A stretch of 64,000 nucleotides of DNA from assembly GCF_009914755.1 (NCBI RefSeq), contig NC_060944.1; one strand, given 5' to 3'. Position 1 is the first letter of the stretch; every line of letters starts with the position of its first letter. The translations under genes and the position numbers were made by a program. Of this stretch, positions 57,664 through 64,000 are shown in pieces. Under the pieces are notes generated by a model. The model worked only from the letters and a program-made list of their open reading frames with translations. It was not told where the DNA came from and did not search any database. This stretch comes from the human T2T-CHM13v2.0 reference genome, Homo sapiens.

Positions 57664-58409
57664 GTCCCCCTTTTCCGTAGTCGGCATCGTCCTGGCTTGA
57701 TTTTCTTCCAAGCATTCGAGAAACAGATGGTGCTCCGGGACAGCAGGTGGGTGCACACGGGGGAGGTGGCGGCCACCATGAGCTCCATGCATGCTGAACA
57801 CACTTCTTGAACACCTGTGCAGCTCGAGGCGCTGTCCTAGGCTGCGGGAAAACAGAAAGAACAAAGCCAGGCCCGCTCCTCACACCTGTGGGCCCACATG
57901 CCATCTGTCTCAATGTTTTAAAGGGTTTAGAAGGTATCCATGAAACTAACAAGCAAAATCACATTCCCCTCCTACCTTGGCATATACACCTCCCGGACTC
58001 CATGGAATGCCCGGGCCAATTTGGAATTCTCAGACTCCTTGGAGTGTGGTGCCAAAAGTGGCAGCAAGGAAGGAGCTGGCCTGGGCCTGTGGCTCTTCCC
58101 ACCTCCGTCTCTTCCCACCTCCGGCTTTGCCCAGTGCCCCAGGGGGCCTGCGTGTAGGCATTTGGATGCCCCAGGCTTCACCTAAGCCCCCAACAAACAG
58201 TATCCCTTGGGCCTCGGGACAGGTCCACCTGGTGAAAATGCAGGAGAGGCCTAAGCAGACCAGAGAGGGGGCTCAAGGCACTTTGTGAGGAGTTTCAGGG
58301 TCCTGGTGCCCAGAGGTGTCTGGAGGGGCGAGCACATGGCCCCCAGCCCTGTAGACTCCTCCCCCTGTGGTGGGGGCACAGTCAAATGGGCTGAAGTGCC
58401 AGCAAGCGG

Positions 58410-58545
58410 ACACGTGCACACATGTATATGCTTGCATACACATGAGCACACATGCATACCCACGTGTATATGCACATGCATGCAATGCACGTGTGCACAC
58501 ACACACATTCGTTCACATACTTGCAAACATAGGCAGCACATGCAC
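58410..58545. repeat. CA/CATG-rich simple repeat
   Basis: cacgtgcacacatgtatatgcttgcatacacatgagcacacatgc... Confidence 0.75.
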
Positions 58546-59344
58546 TGAGACAGGCCTCTGGCCACCGACATGTTTGGATGCAAACCCTCCGCAGCCACAG
58601 CCAACATCAGCAGATAAAACCACCAAGCCCCGGAGCCCCACTCACGGATGCCAGGTGTTGCATGCATCACTCCCTCCCCACTTCATTTCCCCAGTCTCAG
58701 GTGGAGGCTCTCCTGCAGTGGTGACACCAGCTGGGCCTCTGAAGGTGCCTCTCCCACCCTCTGCCCTCCGTGCCTCCTGTCCTCTCCACGCTTCCTGCTT
58801 CCCTCTTTCCTGTCACTGCCTTATCCTAGGCGGGGGGCATGAGGCGGCTCAAGTCCCTGGGCCGGGCCTCCTGGGATGGCCAGGCAGGAGGCTGGTCACC
58901 ACTGCAGCCAGAGGTGCCCTGCTGGAGGCCTGGGTGCCAGGGGACGGTGGCACACCATCTCAGTGGCCCCGCAGGGTCGGCACAGGCCATGCAGCAGTGC
59001 TGTACCCCTCAGTGGGGCTCACCTTGGCAGTGAGCTGGGCCTTCTGCAGGCACGTGGTCCAGCATTCCCCAGGCCCTTCCAGCTGAGGCCATCACCGCTG
59101 GTCCCCAAAGGGCAGCTCTGGGGGCCATGTTCAGGCCTAGTCCTCTGTAGGGGAGGGGACGTGAGCTCTGGAGGCTTCCCCAGCGCAATGCCCTGTGGAC
59201 CAGGCTCCTACACAGAGGCTCACGGGCACTCCATGCCCATCCACCGTGCCCAGGGAGCCCCCTCGGATGGAGAGGACAGGCACAGACAATGCCACCTTTC
59301 CCAAGGCCTTACTCTGGGTCCCACAGAACCGGCCGTGGAAAGGC

Positions 59345-59430
59345 TATGGTCACCCCCACTTTACAGATGAGGAAACTGAGGCTCAGAGAGGGGCAGTCGC
59401 CCACTGCAAGCGGGGTTTGAACTCAGGCCT
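59345..59430 (-). mobile_element. MIR SINE core
   Basis: ccccactttacagatgaggaaactgaggctcagagag...tttgaactcagg. Confidence 0.75.
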
Positions 59431-60046
59431 CCCTGTGTCCCTGGGGGCCTCCCAGGACACAGAACCAGCAGAATAGCCCAGGCATCTCCCTCACCCCACA
59501 GAGCTCTGGCCTCAAAGTCACTGGGGGGCTCCTTAGAGACATAGACTTGACTGCCCCAGCTCTCCGACGCCTGAAGCCAGGCCCAGCCCAGCCCACCCTC
59601 CTCAGCAGGGAAGATGCTCTGCGAAGCCCTCCACTGCCTCCCCTGTAAAAACAAGGGTGGTGCTGGGGGTTGGGGGTGACACTCAGCATAACCCTGTACC
59701 AGGCACGGGACCCTGCAACAAACATGTCCCCTCCTCAGTTCTGCCTCCATATGGTGGGGGGAGGGGCTCCAGACAGGTCAACACATGGGGGAGGGCCAGG
59801 AAGGGTGACCAAAGCTGCTGGCGACCAAAGCTGCTGGCAGGGACGGCCTGGGAGAGGCGATGGAGACAGGGGGCTGGAGGAGCAAGGGCTGAGGTACGGG
59901 GGAAGAGACCCAGATACCGGACAGGCTTCTGGTCCGGCACGCAGCCACCATGAGTCCCCTCTCCCCTAGGAGAGGGGACCTCAGGTGCCTCCCTCTGGGC
60001 AGCCCAGCTCAGGAGCATCCAAGGTCAGGGGAGCAGTCCCGCTCCG

Positions 60047-63000
60047 TCTCACCAGCAATGAGGAGCACTGCGACCGTCTGCACCGTGGCCGCCCCCTCTC
60101 ACCGACCACGAGGAGCACTGCGACCGTCTGCACCGTGGCCGTCCCCTCTCACCGACGACGAGGAGCACTGCGACCGTCTGCACCGTGGCCGCCCCTTCTC
60201 ACCAACGACGAGGAGCATCGCGGCTGTCTGCACCGTGGCCGCCCCCTCTCACCGACCACGAGGAGCACTGCGACCGTCGGCACCGTGGCCGCCCCCTCTC
60301 ACCGACCACGAGGAGCACTGCGACCGTCTGCACCGTGGCCGCCCCCTCTCACCGACCACGAGGAGCACTGCGACCATCTGCACCGTGGCCGCCCCCTCTC
60401 ACCGACGACGAGGAGCACTGCGCCCGTCTGCACCGTGGCCGCCCCCTCTCACCGACGACGAGGAGCACTGCGCCCGTCTGCACCGTGGCCGCCCCCTCTC
60501 ACCGACGACGAGGAGCACTGCGCCCGTCTGCACCGTGGCCGCCCCCTCTCACCAACGACGAGGAGCACTGCGACTGTCTGCACCGTGGCCGCCCCTTCTC
60601 ACCAACGATGAGGAGCATCGCGGCTGCCTGCACCATGGGAGCCCCTTCTCACTGACAATGAGGAGCATTCAGAGTGTCTACACCGTGGCCGCGCCTTCTC
60701 ACCGATGCTGAGGAGCACCGAGACTGCACCGTGGCCACCCCTTCTCACTGACGATGAGGAACATTGCGACCGTCTGCACCGTGGCCGCCCCTTCTCACCG
60801 ATGCTGAGGAGCACTGCGACTGTCTGCACCATGGCCGCCCCTTCTCACTGACAATGAGGAGCATTCAGACTGTCTGCACCATGGCCGCCCCTTCTCACCA
60901 ACGATGAGGAGCACTGCGACTGTCTGCACCGTGGCCGCCCCTTCTCACCAACGACGAGGAGCATCGCGGCTGTCTGCACCATGGCCGCCCCTTCTCCCCA
61001 ACGATGAGGAACATTGTGACTGTCTGCACCGTGGCCGCCCCTTCTCACTGATGACGAGAAGCACTGTGACTGTCTGCACCGTGGCCGCCCCTTCTCACCA
61101 ACGACGAGGAGCACTGCGACCATCTGCACCGTGGCCGCCCCTTCTCACGGACTACGAGGAGCACTGCGACTGTCTGCACCATGGCCGCCCCTTCTCCCCA
61201 ACAATGAGGAACATTGTGACTGTCTGCACCGTGGCCGCCCCTTCTCACCAACGCTGAGGAGCACTGAGACTGTCTGCACCGTGGCCGCCCCTTCTCACCG
61301 ACGACGAGGAGCACTGCGACCGTCTGCACCGTGGCCACCCCTTCTCACCGACGACGAGGAGCACTGCGACTGTCTGGATCGTGGGAGCCCCTTCTCACCG
61401 ACGACGAGGAGCACTGCGACTGTCTGGATCGTGGGAGCCCCTTCTCACCGACGACGAGGAGCACTGCGACTGTCTGCACCATGGCCGCCCCTTCTGACTG
61501 ATGATGAGGAACATTGCGACTGTCTGCACCGTGGCCGCCCCTTCTCACCAACGATGAGGAGCACTGAGACCGTCTGCACCGTGGGAGCCCCTTCTCACCG
61601 ACGACGAGGAGCACTGCGACCGTCTGCACCGTGGCCGCCCCTTCTCACCGACGACGAGGAGCACTGCGACTGTCTGCACCGTGGCTGCCCCTTCTCACCG
61701 ACGACGAGGAGCACTGCGACTGTCTGCACCGTGGCCGCCCCTTCTCACCAACGATGAGGAGCACTGAGACCGTCTGCACCATGGGAGCCCCTTCTCACCG
61801 ACGACGAGGAGCACTGCGACCGTCTGCACCGTGGCCGCCCCTTCTCACCAACGACGAGGAGCACTGCGCCCGTCTGCACCGTGGCCGCCCCCTCTCACCG
61901 ACGACGAGGAGCACTGCGCCCGTCTGCACCGTGGCCGCCCCCTCTCACCGACGACGAGGAGCACTGCGCCCGTCTGCACCGTGGCCGCCCCCTCTCACCA
62001 ACGACGAGGAGCACTGCGACTGTCTGCACCGTGGCCGCCCCTTCTCACCAACGATGAGGAGCATCGCGGCTGCCTGCACCATGGGAGCCCCTTCTCACTG
62101 ACAATGAGGAGCATTCAGAGTGTCTACACCGTGGCCGCGCCTTCTCACCGATGCTGAGGAGCACCGAGACTGCACCGTGGCCACCCCTTCTCACTGACGA
62201 TGAGGAACATTGTGACCGTCTGCACCGTGGCCGCCCCTTCTCACCGATGCTGAGGAGCACTGCGACTGTCTGCACCGTGGCCGCCCCTTCTCACTGACAA
62301 TGAGGAGCATTCAGACTGTCTGCACCATGGCCGCCCCTTCTCACCAACGATGAGGAGCACTGCGACTGTCTGCACCGTGGCCGCCCCTTCTCACCAACGA
62401 CGAGGAGCATCGCGGCTGTCTGCACCATGGCCGCCCCTTCTCCCCAACGATGAGGAACATTGTGACTGTCTGCACCGTGGCCGCCCCTTCTCACTGATGA
62501 CGAGAAGCACTGTGACTGTCTGCACCGTGGCCGCCCCTTCTCACCAACGACGAGGAGCACTGCGACCATCTGCACCGTGGCCGCCCCTTCTCACGGACTA
62601 CGAGGAGCACTGCGACTGTCTGCACCATGGCCGCCCCTTCTCCCCAACAATGAGGAACATTGTGACTGTCTGCACCGTGGCCGCCCCTTCTCACCAACGC
62701 TGAGGAGCACTGAGACTGTCTGCACCATGGCCGCCCCTTCTCACCGACGACGAGGAGCACTGCGACCGTCTGCACCGTGGCCGCCCCTTCTCACCGACGA
62801 CGAGGAGCACTGCGACCGTCTGGATCGTGGCCGCCCCTTCTCACCGACGACGAGGAGCACTGCGACCGTCTGGATCGTGGCCGCCCCTTCTCACCGACGA
62901 CGAGGAGCACTGCGACCGTCTGCACCGTGGCTGCCCCTTCTCACCAATGCTGAGGAGCACTGCGACTGTCTGCACCGTGGCCGCCCCTTCTCACCAATGC

Positions 63001-63672
63001 TGAGGAGCACTGAGACCGTCTGCACCGTGGGAGCCCCTTCTCACCGATGAGGAGCACTGCGACTGTCTGCACCGTGGCTGCCCCTTCTCACCAATGCTGA
63101 GGAGCACTGCGACTGTCTGCACCGTGGCTGCCCCTTCTCACCAATGCTGAGGAGCACTGCGACTGTCTGCACCGTGGCCGCCCCTTCTCACCGATGAGGA
63201 GCACTGCGACTGTCTGCACCGTGGCCGCCCCTTCTCACCAACGACGAAGAGCATCGCGGCTGTCTGCACCATGGCCACCCCTTCTCCCCAACGATGAGGA
63301 ACACTGTGACTGTCTGCACCGTGGCCGCCCCTTCTCATCAACGATGAGGAGCATCGCGGCTGTCTGCACCATGGCCGCCCCTTCTCCCCAACGATGAGGA
63401 ACATTGTGACTGTCTGCACCGTGGCCGCCCCTTCTCCCCAGTGATGAGGAACATCGTGACTGTCTGCACCGTGGCCGCCCCTTCTCACTGACAATGAGGA
63501 GCATTCAGAGTGTCTACACCGTGGCCGCGCCTTCTCACCAATGCTGAGGAGCACCGATACTGTCTGCACCGTGGCCGCCCCTTCTCACCGACGACGAGGA
63601 GCACTGCGACTGTCTGTACTGGCCTCCCTGTCTCACTGACGATGAGGAGCACTGCGACTCTCTGCACCGTGG
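60047..63672. repeat. ~3.6 kb CpG-rich 50-bp VNTR (~72 copies) 3' of CDH4
   Basis: Unit AGGAGCACTGCGACCGTCTGCACCGTGGCCGCCCCTTCTCACCGACGACG with an exact 50-bp period over long stretches. Confidence 0.97.
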
Positions 63673-63793
63673 GAGCTGAGGGTTTGGGTTCCAGGACTGA
63701 GAAGCATGGGGGACCCTTGCTCAGCGGCTGCCCAGGGCCCTGATGACCACCTCCTGAAAGACAGCACCTGCCCAGCCTCCAGAAGCTCTGGGG

Positions 63794-64000
63794 TATTAAC
63801 TACCCATTAACTACACTAACCAGGTGGGAAGGTAGTCCACTAACTACACTAACCAGCCCAGAAAAACAACCTATTAACTATACTAACTACCCTGGAAACC
63901 AGCCCTAATCAACACTAAGCCAGTGGGAAACTAGTCCATTAACTATACTAACCAGCCCAGGAAAACAACCCATTAAGTACACTAATCAGCCCATTATCAA
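63794..64000. repeat. Degenerate ~30-33-bp AC-rich repeat (ccattaactacactaaccag core), truncated by the window end
   Basis: attaacta(c/t)actaac recurs several times. Confidence 0.75.

Larger units (their letters stand above)
54004..57685 (+). other. CDH4: CDH4 3' UTR (~3.7 kb; end approximate)
   Basis: Runs from the stop codon to the first canonical AATAAA I found downstream (57658); U-rich, conserved-looking blocks near both ends. Confidence 0.8.

Noticed and set aside
59950-63569. ORFs with repeated DDEEHCDRLHRGRP / STATVCTVAAPSH peptides
   Set aside because: The 50-bp unit cycles through all three frames and yields the same peptide in each, with scattered stops. Not a gene.
60047-63672. 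CRISPR-like regular array (also considered for the 42-bp and 48-bp arrays)
   Set aside because: Units are head-to-tail with no unique spacers, there are no cas genes, and the context is mammalian.

Overview
This window is primate, most likely human, genomic DNA: it is Alu-rich, GC-rich and dense in minisatellites. It holds the 3' part of CDH4 (cadherin-4/R-cadherin) on the + strand. Nine GT-AG coding exons (8-16 by classical-cadherin numbering) join in frame to give 566 aa plus a stop. They cover the end of EC2 through EC5, the TM helix and the p120/beta-catenin-binding tail, followed by a ~3.7 kb 3' UTR ending at AATAAA 57658. The rest is intron and 3' flank containing Alu, L1, MER58, MLT1, MER4 and MIR/L2 relics and several VNTRs. 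Almost all long ORFs in the track are repeat or GC-content artefacts. I see no new protein-coding system. The best leads are non-coding: (1) an intron-9 VNTR whose units switch between TTGCGTG (AhR XRE core) and TGCATG (RBFOX motif, ~34 sense copies); (2) a 3.6 kb CpG-rich 50-bp VNTR with a 1446-bp higher-order duplication 3' of the gene; (3) 3' UTR blocks that appear to be shared with the paralogue CDH2; (4) inverted Alu pairs; (5) strong CTCF, PBX-HOX and SOX-POU motif clusters. Repeat subfamily calls are by eye and their boundaries are approximate.
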